Assembly: GCA_017624275.1 (NCBI GenBank)
Contig: JAGANG010000008.1
Coordinates: 6,026 to 70,025, forward strand
DNA: 64,000 nt
Source: Spirochaetales bacterium
GTDB taxonomy: Bacteria > Spirochaetota > GWE2-31-10
Direction of reading: 5' to 3'
The notes under the pieces: generated by a model
Database searches by the model: none
Seen by the model: only the letters and a program-made list of their open reading frames with translations
Told to the model about the DNA's origin: nothing
Made by a program: the position numbers and the translations under genes
Shown: piece by piece, positions 23,257 through 33,243 of the stretch
Numbering within the stretch: position 1 is the stretch's first letter
Layout of the letters: every line of letters starts with the position of its first letter

Positions 23257-23847
23257 CTAGTCTGTGATTGCTTTTCTGCAATCTTCTATCAACTTGTCTG
23301 CCTGCTCTTTTATTTCATCAAAGTTCATTAAAAAACCATCTATTTTTTCTAACATCTTTTCATCTTTTACATAAGGCAAATTGATTTCAACATTTACCCG
23401 TGCAGCTTGAAGAGCTGCTAAGGCGAATGAAGCGGCACATGAAATATCACTGATTAAAAATTTTTTGCAAACCGGTAATAAATCTTTCAATGTCACAATC
23501 AATGCTTTTGCTGCGGTACCGATAGTCACAGGAACAGAAGCACATTCTGCAGCCGTGCGATTTACTTCGGCTGTACGGATAGCTTTTTGCTCGTCAGTGT
23601 CTTTCGGTAACTTTCTGGCGTTTTGCCATTCCAAAAAAGTTCGCTGATCTTCGTCACAAAGGTACAAACCGTCTTTTCTGACCATTTCTAAAAAACCGCG
23701 AAATTCATTGTAATTTTCAGGTTTCGAAAAAACCATAGCTTTTTGTGCCGCAGCCGCAGCAAGTGACAATATATAACCGGCAGCAGCTCCGCCTCCGGGA
23801 GTCGGTTGGTTTGATCCTAGTTTTTGAGAAAAATCTGCTAACTCCAT
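23257..23847 (-). CDS. Formiminotetrahydrofolate cyclodeaminase / cyclohydrolase family protein
   Basis: [21 protein letters not shown]. Start moved to ATG 23847. Confidence 0.85.
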   Translation of the reverse strand: MELADFSQKLGSNQPTPGGGAAAGYILSLAAAAAQKAMVFSKPENYNEFRGFLEMVRKDGLYLCDEDQRTFLEWQNARKLPKDTDEQKAIRTAEVNRTAAECASVPVTIGTAAKALIVTLKDLLPVCKKFLISDISCAASFALAALQAARVNVEINLPYVKDEKMLEKIDGFLMNFDEIKEQADKLIEDCRKAITD

Positions 23848-23857
23848 TTTTATACTC

Positions 23858-25111
23858 CTAACTGATACCCAGTGCATCTTTTGCGGTATCTAAAATAACA
23901 TTCATATGAAGCGGTTTTGTAAGAAAATATGAAACTCCGTATTCTTTTACACGTGTGATAACTTCTTTTTGCGATATAGCCGTGATTACTACAATCGGAA
24001 TATTTATCTTATTTTTTCGCAAATATTGAATGACTTGAACTCCGTTTATTTTCGGCATCATCAAATCAAGAAAAATTATATCCGGGCGAACATGTTGCAA
24101 TTCTTTTATAAACGCAACCGGTGTTTCATAAGCCGTAGTTTTCCAGCCTTCACTTTCAAAGACGGTTTCCAAATATTCCAAAATAGGCAAATCATCATCA
24201 ATAATTGCAACGGAATATTGAGATTTCATCGGGTCGTCTTCACTGGCAAAATGCAAATCCATCGGTAAATAAACCGATACTTTTTCATTTGCCGATGTCA
24301 AAATCAAAGTATTAATTTCGTCAACTTCCGATTCATGAGCAAAGACATTTATTTTCCCGAAACTGCTTATCGCTTCGGAAAGATTTTCAACAATAGGAAT
24401 ATTAGCGAATTTCTTATCTTCTTTAACAGCCTTTGCTACCGCAGAATCTTGCGGAGTTAAAATTCTGATAGTAGAAGATACAGCCGCAGTTTCATCGGTA
24501 ATCGATGTAATCAATTGCTCAAGTTTCATATTGAGTCTCGGAGAATTGCTGATATTGGAACAGATTATCAAAACCTTAGTAAGAATTTTTGCATAATCTT
24601 CTACCATACTGCGGATTTTATAAGTCAACAAATCGATTTTTTCCGCATTCAATCCGTCGGATATTTCGACAAATAAAATATCTTCATTTATATGTGCGTC
24701 AATTATACTTCTGGTACGGTCAAAATCTATTCGACAACCTAAAAGTTTGCAAATATTTCTGAACAGTAAATCAACTTTCAGCGGCTTGAGTAAAATAGCC
24801 GAAACTTGCAATTCTGCAAGCTGTTTTTCTATTTCAAGATTGCGTTCTTTTTCCAGCACTATTACGGGAATATTCACGGTAGATTTATATTCATTTTTTT
24901 CACGAATCAAAGTGAAAATATCGACTCTGCTTAATTCGCAGGCAGATATAATTAGATCCGGATTTTCATTTTTTATTTTCAGTGAACCTTCAAATCCATC
25001 CTTACAACAAACGACTTCGATTCCGGCTTTGTTCAATCTTTCCTTTAAATATTGTTTTAATATTTCATCATTTTCAATAAGCACTACTTTATTTTTCAGT
25101 GTAAGCCCCAT
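23858..25111 (-). CDS. Response regulator with two receiver domains
   Basis: N-terminal degenerate REC (LIEND...PDLIIS...LKP) and C-terminal canonical REC (IIDDD, FLDLMMP, TA, KP). Confidence 0.85.
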   Translation of the reverse strand: MGLTLKNKVVLIENDEILKQYLKERLNKAGIEVVCCKDGFEGSLKIKNENPDLIISACELSRVDIFTLIREKNEYKSTVNIPVIVLEKERNLEIEKQLAELQVSAILLKPLKVDLLFRNICKLLGCRIDFDRTRSIIDAHINEDILFVEISDGLNAEKIDLLTYKIRSMVEDYAKILTKVLIICSNISNSPRLNMKLEQLITSITDETAAVSSTIRILTPQDSAVAKAVKEDKKFANIPIVENLSEAISSFGKINVFAHESEVDEINTLILTSANEKVSVYLPMDLHFASEDDPMKSQYSVAIIDDDLPILEYLETVFESEGWKTTAYETPVAFIKELQHVRPDIIFLDLMMPKINGVQVIQYLRKNKINIPIVVITAISQKEVITRVKEYGVSYFLTKPLHMNVILDTAKDALGIS

Positions 25112-25279
25112 AAAAAATAACCACCTGTTTCATTTATAATAGTCTTGGGTACAGAATGTCGCATAATACCAAAAGATTTCTTTTATAAAAATATTTTTTA
25201 TGCTAATTTAAAAAACTATTTATTACCTTTTCGGCTTATTTTTCTAATTTTGAATCTTTTCTTTTATTCAGGAAATATT

Positions 25280-27697
25280 ATGAAAATAAATATTGGTTAC
25301 ATTGTTTCTACATTGCGTCGCAGCGGTCCGATAATGCAGTTGCTTAATATTGTGAAATATTTAGATAGGGATAATTTTAATCCTATTGTGATTACTCTTT
25401 CACCGGAGGGACGTGATTCCATGCGAGAAAAATTTTCTCAGGCAGGAATTCCGATAGTCTCCCTTAATTTGTCACGTATGGAAGGCATTTTTTTGATTAA
25501 GAAAAAATTGTCGGCAGTGATTGAAGAATATCAGCTGCATTTATTGCATACGACAGGTTTACGTGCCGATTCGGCAGCTAAAAGTTTTCCGGATTTACCT
25601 AATGTTTGTTCTATTCGCAATTATCCGTTTCATGACTATTGCATGAAATACGGAAATACAAAAGGAACATTGACAGCGTTGTATCACACATCAATTTTGA
25701 AAAGTAACAAGTGTAATGTAGCCTGTTCACATTTTATTCATGACCAAATAGAAAAAAACGGCGTTGAATCTTATGTAATTTCTAACGGTGTAGATACGGA
25801 AAAGTTCGTCCCGGCAGTTGATTATAATGAAAAAATTTCTTTGCGACAAAAATTGAATTTACCGGAAGACGGTTTTATTTGGATAACTACAGGTTCCCTT
25901 ATTACACGTAAAGACCCGGTAACTTTGGCGGAAGCATTTATTCGCTTTGTAAAACTAAACGCAAATTTCGGAACAAAAGGTATTCAGGTAGAAAAACAAT
26001 ATCTTGTAATTGTAGGTGACGGAGTTCTCAAACCGCAAATCGAGATGTTGAATAAGCAAAATTCTTGCATTATTTATGCAGGCAGTTCTGCAAATATTCG
26101 TGATTATTTGGCTGCTTCTGACGTCTTTTTGTCGGCGTCTTTTTCCGAAGGTTTACCAAACGGCGTATTGGAAGCACTTTCATGCAATCTTCCGGCGATA
26201 CTCTCAGATATTCCGCCACATAAGGAATTACCGGGATCTGTGTATTTTCAAGCCGGTAACGGAAGAGAATTAACCCACGTACTCGATAAATTCTATAAGG
26301 ACAAAGACAAATATTATGGTAACCGGGAATTGATAACGCAGCAGTTTGATTGCCGAAAAGTATCCCGAAGTTATCAGGAATTGTATTTTAAATGTTTAGG
26401 AAAACAAGTCAGTGTTTCTGATAATCACCAAAATACACAGGAATACAGCCGAACATATTCCGCCACCGAGCGTTTTATTGCATCCACATTATCACGTTAT
26501 CCAAAGCTAAAAAGTACATTAAAAAAAAGTTACGTTACACTGAATTACATACTTTTTCGCAGTAAAAATGCAGCAGAACTTGCGAAAGGTTGGGACATAA
26601 AATCTTGTACCGAAGAAGATTGTTTTTTCGGATATTACGACCGCAATCCGGTAAATGAAAAAGGTTATTTGCTTTATCATAAAATTTTACCAGAAGGCAA
26701 CGTGGGAATTTGCGTTGATAATAAAATGTTGGCGGTAACGGGAGCTTGGAATTTGCAACAGGGAGCTCTTGCTACATGGTTGGAAGATAATTTTATTATT
26801 TACAATTGCTTCGATTCCTTGGCAAAAGATTCAGTACAATTGAATAAGGGATTGTGTTGCAGAAAAGTTAATGCAGTTACCGGAGAAGAGTGCCATATTC
26901 CGTTCCCTGTTTACAGTGCAGTTGCAGGATGTGACATAGGACTTTCGCTAAATTTCGACAGAATCACACATTTACGTCCGGAATACGGATATACGGCACG
27001 TGAAGTTTTACCGGAAAAATTCCCGAATCCTGACGAAGACGGAGTATTTTCTGTTAACTTAAAAACCGGTGAAACAAGACTTTTATTTTCATTTGCCGAT
27101 TTATCGCAAGATTTAAACAATGTCGATAATACAAAGCAAAAAATTAATCACATACAACTTTCACCGGACGGTAAACGTTGTATTTTCCTTTATCGCTGGT
27201 TTGATAATATGGGAGTCAAACATTCTCGACTTTATTTTGCACGTCTGACCGATGGTTATCTTGCATTATTGGCTGATGAGGGAATGGTGTCTCATTGTAA
27301 TTTTATTGACGAAACTCATGTAGGCGGCTGGATGCGACTGGGCGGTCGTGACGGTTATTATTGTATCGATACGCAAACAGGATATTATCGCCCCGAAGCT
27401 CCGGGAGTTTTGACAGAAGACGGACATCCTACATTTTGCGACCGTTATTTGGTGACGGATACATACCCGGATCGCAGCGGAATGATGAAAATTTTTATTT
27501 ATGACAGACACGACCGCAAGCTGGTTGCAGAAAACCGATTATTTTCACCGTTGGCATACAGAGACACAAAACGTTGTGATTTGCACCCACGCCCGATTTT
27601 AAAAGACGGCAAAATTACGGCAGTATATGTAGACTCTACCCACAGCGGAAAACGTCAGCTTTGTTGTTTTGTACCTACGGAAGAAAATAATGGCTAG
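25280..27697 (+). CDS. GT4 glycosyltransferase fused to a C-terminal beta-propeller-like domain
   Basis: ISNGVD, IVGDG, EGLPNGVLEA in the first ~380 aa; then FFGYYD, AWNLQQG, INHIQLSPDG, DGHP, RCDLHPR. Confidence 0.8.
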   Translation: MKINIGYIVSTLRRSGPIMQLLNIVKYLDRDNFNPIVITLSPEGRDSMREKFSQAGIPIVSLNLSRMEGIFLIKKKLSAVIEEYQLHLLHTTGLRADSAAKSFPDLPNVCSIRNYPFHDYCMKYGNTKGTLTALYHTSILKSNKCNVACSHFIHDQIEKNGVESYVISNGVDTEKFVPAVDYNEKISLRQKLNLPEDGFIWITTGSLITRKDPVTLAEAFIRFVKLNANFGTKGIQVEKQYLVIVGDGVLKPQIEMLNKQNSCIIYAGSSANIRDYLAASDVFLSASFSEGLPNGVLEALSCNLPAILSDIPPHKELPGSVYFQAGNGRELTHVLDKFYKDKDKYYGNRELITQQFDCRKVSRSYQELYFKCLGKQVSVSDNHQNTQEYSRTYSATERFIASTLSRYPKLKSTLKKSYVTLNYILFRSKNAAELAKGWDIKSCTEEDCFFGYYDRNPVNEKGYLLYHKILPEGNVGICVDNKMLAVTGAWNLQQGALATWLEDNFIIYNCFDSLAKDSVQLNKGLCCRKVNAVTGEECHIPFPVYSAVAGCDIGLSLNFDRITHLRPEYGYTAREVLPEKFPNPDEDGVFSVNLKTGETRLLFSFADLSQDLNNVDNTKQKINHIQLSPDGKRCIFLYRWFDNMGVKHSRLYFARLTDGYLALLADEGMVSHCNFIDETHVGGWMRLGGRDGYYCIDTQTGYYRPEAPGVLTEDGHPTFCDRYLVTDTYPDRSGMMKIFIYDRHDRKLVAENRLFSPLAYRDTKRCDLHPRPILKDGKITAVYVDSTHSGKRQLCCFVPTEENNG

Positions 27698-28496
27698 AAT
27701 CAGTGTTTTAATGGCATCGCATAACGGAGCAAAATATCTTCGCCAATCTTTGGACAGCATTTTAAATCAAACATTTTCTGATTTTGAATTAATAATCGTA
27801 GATGATGCATCGACAGACAAGACATTAAAAATCTTGGAAGAATATGCAAAAAAAGATTCCCGATTAAAAGTTTGTATTAATGAAGAAAATAAAGGACTGA
27901 CAGCTTCATTAAATATTGCATTAAAACAAATATCTGCGGATACTGAATATATTTGCAGAATGGACGATGACGATATATGCGAACAAAATCGCTTTGAAAA
28001 GCAAATTGAATATTTTATGACAAACAGTCAAATCGGTATAGTCGGCAGTAATGCGATTATTATCGATGATAAAAATATGATTATAGGCAAACGTGAAGTT
28101 CCGGCAGAACACAATAAAATATTAGCGACACTCCCCCGTTATAACCCGATAATTCATCCGTCAGTAATGATAAGGCGTAAAGTATTGGAAAAAGTCGGCG
28201 GTTATAATGAAAAATACAGAACAAGTCAAGATTATGCACTGTGGTTTCGCCTTGCTGCAGATGGAGTAAAATTTGCTAATCTGCAAGAGTACCTTTTGAA
28301 ATATCGAGAAACACGCTCTGCTGTACGACGCAAATCGATGAAGTACAGACTGAAAGATTTTCATATCCGAAAAGAGGGATATAAGTTATTAAAGGTACCG
28401 TTTTATAAATACTTTTGGCTGATACTTCCGCTGATATTGGGAATTATCCCTATGCCGGTGTATAAATTGTTAAAACGTATTGATCCAAGGAATTGA
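27690..28496 (+). CDS. GT2 glycosyltransferase
   Basis: ISVLM..HNG, IIVDDASTD, GL..SLN, RMDDDD, QDYALW. Confidence 0.92.
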   Translation: MARISVLMASHNGAKYLRQSLDSILNQTFSDFELIIVDDASTDKTLKILEEYAKKDSRLKVCINEENKGLTASLNIALKQISADTEYICRMDDDDICEQNRFEKQIEYFMTNSQIGIVGSNAIIIDDKNMIIGKREVPAEHNKILATLPRYNPIIHPSVMIRRKVLEKVGGYNEKYRTSQDYALWFRLAADGVKFANLQEYLLKYRETRSAVRRKSMKYRLKDFHIRKEGYKLLKVPFYKYFWLILPLILGIIPMPVYKLLKRIDPRN

Positions 28497-29005
28497 CTTT
28501 CGTAAGAAAGTCAATTCCGACGTATTCGCGAAAGGTGAGAGCGATAGCTCGAACAACGTATTTCCGCAGGAAATACCGAAAGCGAATACAAAAATAATGA
28601 AACTTTCGTAAGAAAGTCAATTCCGACGTATTCGCGAAAGGTGAGAGCGACAGCTCGAACAACGTATTTCCGCAGGAAATACCGAAAGCGAATACAAAAA
28701 TAATAAAACTTTCGTAAGAAAGTCAATTCCGACGTATTCGCGAAAGGTGAGAGCAATAGCTCGAACAACGTATTTCCGCAGGAAATACCGAAAGCGAATA
28801 CAAAAATAATGAAACTTTCGTAAGAAAGTCAATTCCGACGTATTCGCAAAAGGTGAGAGCGATAGCTCGAACAACGTATTTCCGCAGGAAATACCGAAAG
28901 CGAATACAAAAATAATGAAACTTTCGTAAGAAAGTCGATTCCGATGTATTCGCGAAAGGTGAGAGCAATAGCTCGAACAACGTATTTCCGCAGGAAATAC
29001 CGAAA
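28497..29005. repeat. 106-bp tandem repeat, 4.8 copies, multi-hairpin unit
   Basis: Copies start at 28497, 28603, 28709, 28815 and 28921; they are nearly identical and have no unique spacers. Confidence 0.97.
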
Positions 29006-29021
29006 CAAGTTCGGAATGACA
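29000..29021 (-). repeat. REP-like palindrome capping the array
   Basis: Minus strand TGTCATTCCGAACTTGTTTCGG resembles YGTC-tagged palindromic repeats; stem CCGAA-acaag-TTCGG. Confidence 0.45.
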
Positions 29022-29169
29022 TTATAACTTTTACTTATTGGGACAGCCCAAACGAATAGAAGGCGGCTGTCGGTTTGTTAGTTAATATTTGGATTAATAT
29101 TGCAAACTAAATTGCAAAAGATAAATAGAAATTTTATAAGGATAACAAAAGAAATCAGGAGGATTTTAA

Positions 29170-30924
29170 ATGAAAAAGAAATGGTTGTTTTTGATTCCTG
29201 CCTTATTTGTGTTGGCAGGGTGCGGTGTTGAGCGTTTAAACAATGCAATATCAAAAGGTTTTGATGACATGAAATCTCCCAGTTGGGACTTAGACTTTGA
29301 TGTGCCTGTAGGTAAAGTAAAAGCTCAACTTTCAAAGATTCAAGAAGTAAATGATATGCTTGAAGAATTGAAATTTACTGATAATGCAGATCTAGATAAT
29401 GGAGAAAGTGCATTAATTCACGTAAAAATCAATGACATGACGATTGACGGCAGTACTTTTGATGTAGATCCGAGCGTAAATAAGGCATTGGGATTAAATG
29501 AGACGGATAATGTTTTGACATGGCCGTTACCGATAGGAAGTGTTGAATCTCCGGAAATAGATGATGCTTCATTTCCGGTAATCAAGCTTGATTTAGACGG
29601 GGATGCCGTACAAGATATGATGCTTACGGCTTTGAAGTCTACCGACGGATTCTTGAAAATTAAAATGGAAATGCAAATTAAAGATTCTGCTGACAGCGAC
29701 TGGAGACCGGCTAAAGAGGAAGAGTATTTCAATGAAGCCGGACAACCGTATGTTGCCATAGAAGATGTGGAAGATGCCGAAGGTGACTGTTATGCCATTA
29801 AAGTCGGTTCCGGAAAATTTTCTTTCAAACCGGGCGTTTATGAAGGCGGAAAACTTGTATTTGAAACAAGTAACTTTTTGACAAGCTATAAAGAAGCTAT
29901 TACTCCGGAGCCAATGCAAATAAAAGATTCTGAAGGAAATGTCACTGAGAGTGAAACGGATTTCGAATATAGAATTTCTATACCGAAGGATGCTTTCAAA
30001 ATCATAGGGCGAAGTTTCAGTATTATTGAAGATTTATTAGAAGGAGAATCAGAATCTCGAAGTTACTCCCGTTCACGAGCTCTTTCTCGCGGCGGTTCAG
30101 GGTTGTCTGCGAAAGAGATTAAAGATTTGATTAAAAGTGCTGATGGTAAGGTAACCGTATTGGAAAAAATGTTAGATGACGGTGTAACATTGGAAGAAGT
30201 CGCTAAAGCTTATGATGGAAACTTAGATGAGGTATTGACTGATTCCGGTGTCGGAATTGCGGACATCATGGCAAGTGAAGTTATTGCATCGCCTGAAAAT
30301 ATCAAGATTCTCGGAAGTAAAGAGAATGGATTCGGGGATTATGAATTCATTGACGGTACGACTTTAGGTGCTATTGAAGATGCCGAAAACTTACAATCGT
30401 TTGCTGATTTTTGTAAATTCTATAAGAAAAAATCTATTGCCGGTATTAAATTCAGCTTTGAAGTAGAAGTAGATTTAGGTGAAAACTTTATGGTGACGGC
30501 AGAATTTATAAAGGATTACGAAATATCTGTCGATACCGGAGATTCTTTGCCTTTCTCTAAACTTGGCAGTATTTTAGACAGGGCAACATTGGAAGCCAAT
30601 GTAAAACATAATTTTATGTGTGAAATGAAAATAAAAGAACCTAAAATTGCGAACAGTACAATGAAGATTTCCGGAATCAAAGAAACCGGAAACGGATTTT
30701 ATGCTATTCCGGAAGATCCGTGTCGTATCTTATTTAACTTAGACGAAATGCCTACAGAAGACGGCGGATTGGATTTTACGATGCTAATACCTGAAGATAA
30801 AGAAGTCGACATAGCGTTGAATCCTACAGAAGAGACTGACTTGTGGATAGAAATGGAATTGGGAGCAAACGGCGTATTAAAAGTTGATGCAGAAGAAATC
30901 AGCAACATAATGGGAGGAGAGTAG
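29170..30924 (+). CDS. Acidic hypothetical lipoprotein
   Basis: MKKK-hydrophobic-LAGC lipobox, GGAGG RBS, 584 aa, D/E-rich. Confidence 0.8.
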   Translation: MKKKWLFLIPALFVLAGCGVERLNNAISKGFDDMKSPSWDLDFDVPVGKVKAQLSKIQEVNDMLEELKFTDNADLDNGESALIHVKINDMTIDGSTFDVDPSVNKALGLNETDNVLTWPLPIGSVESPEIDDASFPVIKLDLDGDAVQDMMLTALKSTDGFLKIKMEMQIKDSADSDWRPAKEEEYFNEAGQPYVAIEDVEDAEGDCYAIKVGSGKFSFKPGVYEGGKLVFETSNFLTSYKEAITPEPMQIKDSEGNVTESETDFEYRISIPKDAFKIIGRSFSIIEDLLEGESESRSYSRSRALSRGGSGLSAKEIKDLIKSADGKVTVLEKMLDDGVTLEEVAKAYDGNLDEVLTDSGVGIADIMASEVIASPENIKILGSKENGFGDYEFIDGTTLGAIEDAENLQSFADFCKFYKKKSIAGIKFSFEVEVDLGENFMVTAEFIKDYEISVDTGDSLPFSKLGSILDRATLEANVKHNFMCEMKIKEPKIANSTMKISGIKETGNGFYAIPEDPCRILFNLDEMPTEDGGLDFTMLIPEDKEVDIALNPTEETDLWIEMELGANGVLKVDAEEISNIMGGE

Positions 30925-30927
30925 ATA

Positions 30928-32643
30928 ATGAAAAAACATATATTTTTCATTTTATTCGGAATATTTTTTACAACAGTGTTGAATGCTCAATTTTATAACG
31001 ATTCAGCACGCAGTACGGCAATGAACGGAGCCCACAGTGCGGCAAGTTTGGATGCATTTGAAGCTATGTTGTACAACCCGGCAGGTCTTGCTGCAAGCCA
31101 AGAAAGATTCGGCTTGCACATTATGGGAACTCTCGGAATGAATTTATATTCCAACAGCTTTAATCTGACTACAGCCGTAGAAATACTGGAACATTTGCAA
31201 AGCGGAGACGGTAATATTGAACGTTTTATTTCCAATATGCGAGAACAAAACCTTCATACCGGAGTGCAAGCCGGCTTGGTAATGAACTACAACTTATTTA
31301 AGTTTTTCTTCAAAACTCAATATTTCTCACTTGGATTTTCAGATACATTGAAAATGCGTGCCAGAACATTTTTGGGCGATGATTTGTTTTCTACTGTTTT
31401 CGATAAAATCGATATCAACGACAAACACAGTCTCGGAACTATCGGGGCTGATTTTATGGCTTATAACGATCTTAATTCAACATTTTCGATGTACTTGTGG
31501 ATGTTGGAACGTAAAACACCGTTTAGAGGTTTCTATGTCGGCGGTGGAGTGCATTGGTATACACCGATAATTCATGCATCAGCTGATTTTTCCGGCAAAA
31601 TGGGAAGAGGTTCGTTAAGTAAGGTCGACGATATAGAACAAGCCGATACCAATTTGTATACCTACAATTTAGAATTAGACGGAAAAGTAAGTTTGGCTTC
31701 TCCGGCAAGTTATAATTGGTCAGGATTAAATATGCCGTTCAATAATGGAAGTGGACTTCCGTTTGGATTAGGGTTTGATTTAGGAATTGTAATTGATTTT
31801 TATAAATGGTTCCGTGCCGGTTTCAGTGTGACAGATTTAGGATTTATGATTTCACCGGCTACATCATTTGAAGTAAGCAAAGATATCAAACTAGATTTAC
31901 AAGATATGGGAAGTGTTGGAAGTGAATTTGCCAGCATAGGAGACGAATTTACTTCCGGCGGTAAAGGCGGCACGGAAGCAGTTCTTGCTCCGTTGGCAAT
32001 GAGATTAGGTGCTACTTTTACACCATATTCTAATCGCTTTATGGATTTAGAATGTCCTATTAATTTTACTGTTACAGATTTTGATCTTATTCCGTTAGGA
32101 TTTTTACCGACATTCGGTTTTGCTACAGGTGTAGAATTTACATTAAAACTTGGATTCTTCCATTTACCATTATGGACTTCTATCGGATACTTTACATCTT
32201 CCGGAGTTTCTGTAGGATTCGGAGGCGGTTTACATTTAGGTATATGTCATCTTGATTTCGGTGTACGAGGAATAGAATCGTTAATGGCTCCAGCAAGTGA
32301 TTCTGCATGGGGACGAGATGTGGCTTTTGCAGTTCAAATGGCTTTCCAATTAGGGAAAAAAACAGAGAAAGAAGCCAAAAAAGCTAAATTAAGAAAAATA
32401 AGAAAAAATAGTGCTAAAAAAGCTTCCTCTAAGAGTGTTGAAGTAATAGAAATAAATGTTGATACTAATTCTGTAACTACAGAAACAGTTGTAACTGAAG
32501 AAGAAGTACCGGCTGCACCTGTAGAAACCGAAGAAGCAGACAATACTTCAGAGCAAGTTCCGGCGGAATCAACAGAAAATCAAAATGTTGAAAATACCGC
32601 AACAGAGCAACAAGCTCCGGAACAAGTTAAATTAATGCAATAA
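30928..32643 (+). CDS. Putative outer-membrane beta-barrel protein (FadL/TraF-like N-terminus)
   Basis: Signal peptide, ARS.AM.GA......YNPAGLA motif, alternating G/aromatic strands (GLGFDLG), Lys-rich then acidic low-complexity tail. Confidence 0.6.
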   Translation: MKKHIFFILFGIFFTTVLNAQFYNDSARSTAMNGAHSAASLDAFEAMLYNPAGLAASQERFGLHIMGTLGMNLYSNSFNLTTAVEILEHLQSGDGNIERFISNMREQNLHTGVQAGLVMNYNLFKFFFKTQYFSLGFSDTLKMRARTFLGDDLFSTVFDKIDINDKHSLGTIGADFMAYNDLNSTFSMYLWMLERKTPFRGFYVGGGVHWYTPIIHASADFSGKMGRGSLSKVDDIEQADTNLYTYNLELDGKVSLASPASYNWSGLNMPFNNGSGLPFGLGFDLGIVIDFYKWFRAGFSVTDLGFMISPATSFEVSKDIKLDLQDMGSVGSEFASIGDEFTSGGKGGTEAVLAPLAMRLGATFTPYSNRFMDLECPINFTVTDFDLIPLGFLPTFGFATGVEFTLKLGFFHLPLWTSIGYFTSSGVSVGFGGGLHLGICHLDFGVRGIESLMAPASDSAWGRDVAFAVQMAFQLGKKTEKEAKKAKLRKIRKNSAKKASSKSVEVIEINVDTNSVTTETVVTEEEVPAAPVETEEADNTSEQVPAESTENQNVENTATEQQAPEQVKLMQ

Positions 32644-32656
32644 CCAAAAAAATACC

Positions 32657-32706
32657 GAAACTGTCGAAATTATATAGATTGTAATATTCGACAGTTTCTT
32701 TTTTTT
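32657..32706 (+). terminator. Intrinsic terminator
   Basis: GAAACTGTCGAA / TTCGACAGTTTC followed by a T tract. Confidence 0.75.
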
Positions 32707-32761
32707 ATCGTATAGAATTACAAAACATCAATAATCTATCAGAATAAGGAAAATATTAAGT

Positions 32762-33232
32762 ATGAGCGAAAATATAAATCGTCCGGATTGGGACAGATAT
32801 TTTTTAGATATTGCCCGTGTAGTCGCCGAAAGAGCATCTTGTCTGCGTAATAAAGTAGGTGCTGTCATTGTAAACAATAAAGATATCGTAAGTACCGGAT
32901 ACAACGGAGCTCCAAGTTATCAAAAAAATTGTCTTGAAATAGGTAATTGTTATCGTAACGAGCATAACATAGTTTCGGGAACATGTTTGGAACAATGTCG
33001 AGCAGTAGGAAGTCACGCAGAATCTAACGCTATCAGTTTGGCTGCAAGAAACGGACATTCTACATTCGGAGCGACAATTTATATTACAGGTCATTATTTT
33101 TGTTGTAATCAATGCAAAGCGTTAATTGCAAATGCAGCTATCAAACGGGTAGTTTTGGAAGATCCGAAAGGTGAAATACATGAATTTTTCCCGGAACAAG
33201 ATTGGACTGTTCACCCAATAGACAATAAATAA
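32762..33232 (+). CDS. dCMP deaminase (ComEB-like) family protein
   Basis: RPDWD.YF, VGAVIV, TGYNG, HAE.NAI, C..C. Confidence 0.9.
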   Translation: MSENINRPDWDRYFLDIARVVAERASCLRNKVGAVIVNNKDIVSTGYNGAPSYQKNCLEIGNCYRNEHNIVSGTCLEQCRAVGSHAESNAISLAARNGHSTFGATIYITGHYFCCNQCKALIANAAIKRVVLEDPKGEIHEFFPEQDWTVHPIDNK

Positions 33233-33243
33233 TGAGGAATTAT

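Noticed and set aside
28497-29005. CRISPR array
   Set aside because: The whole 106-bp unit repeats, there are no unique spacers, and no cas genes are in the window.
28450-29022. Four near-identical minus-strand ORFs (MFELSLSPFANTS...)
   Set aside because: They are by-products of a repeat whose length is not a multiple of 3; TTG/ATG starts lack an RBS and the frames overlap.
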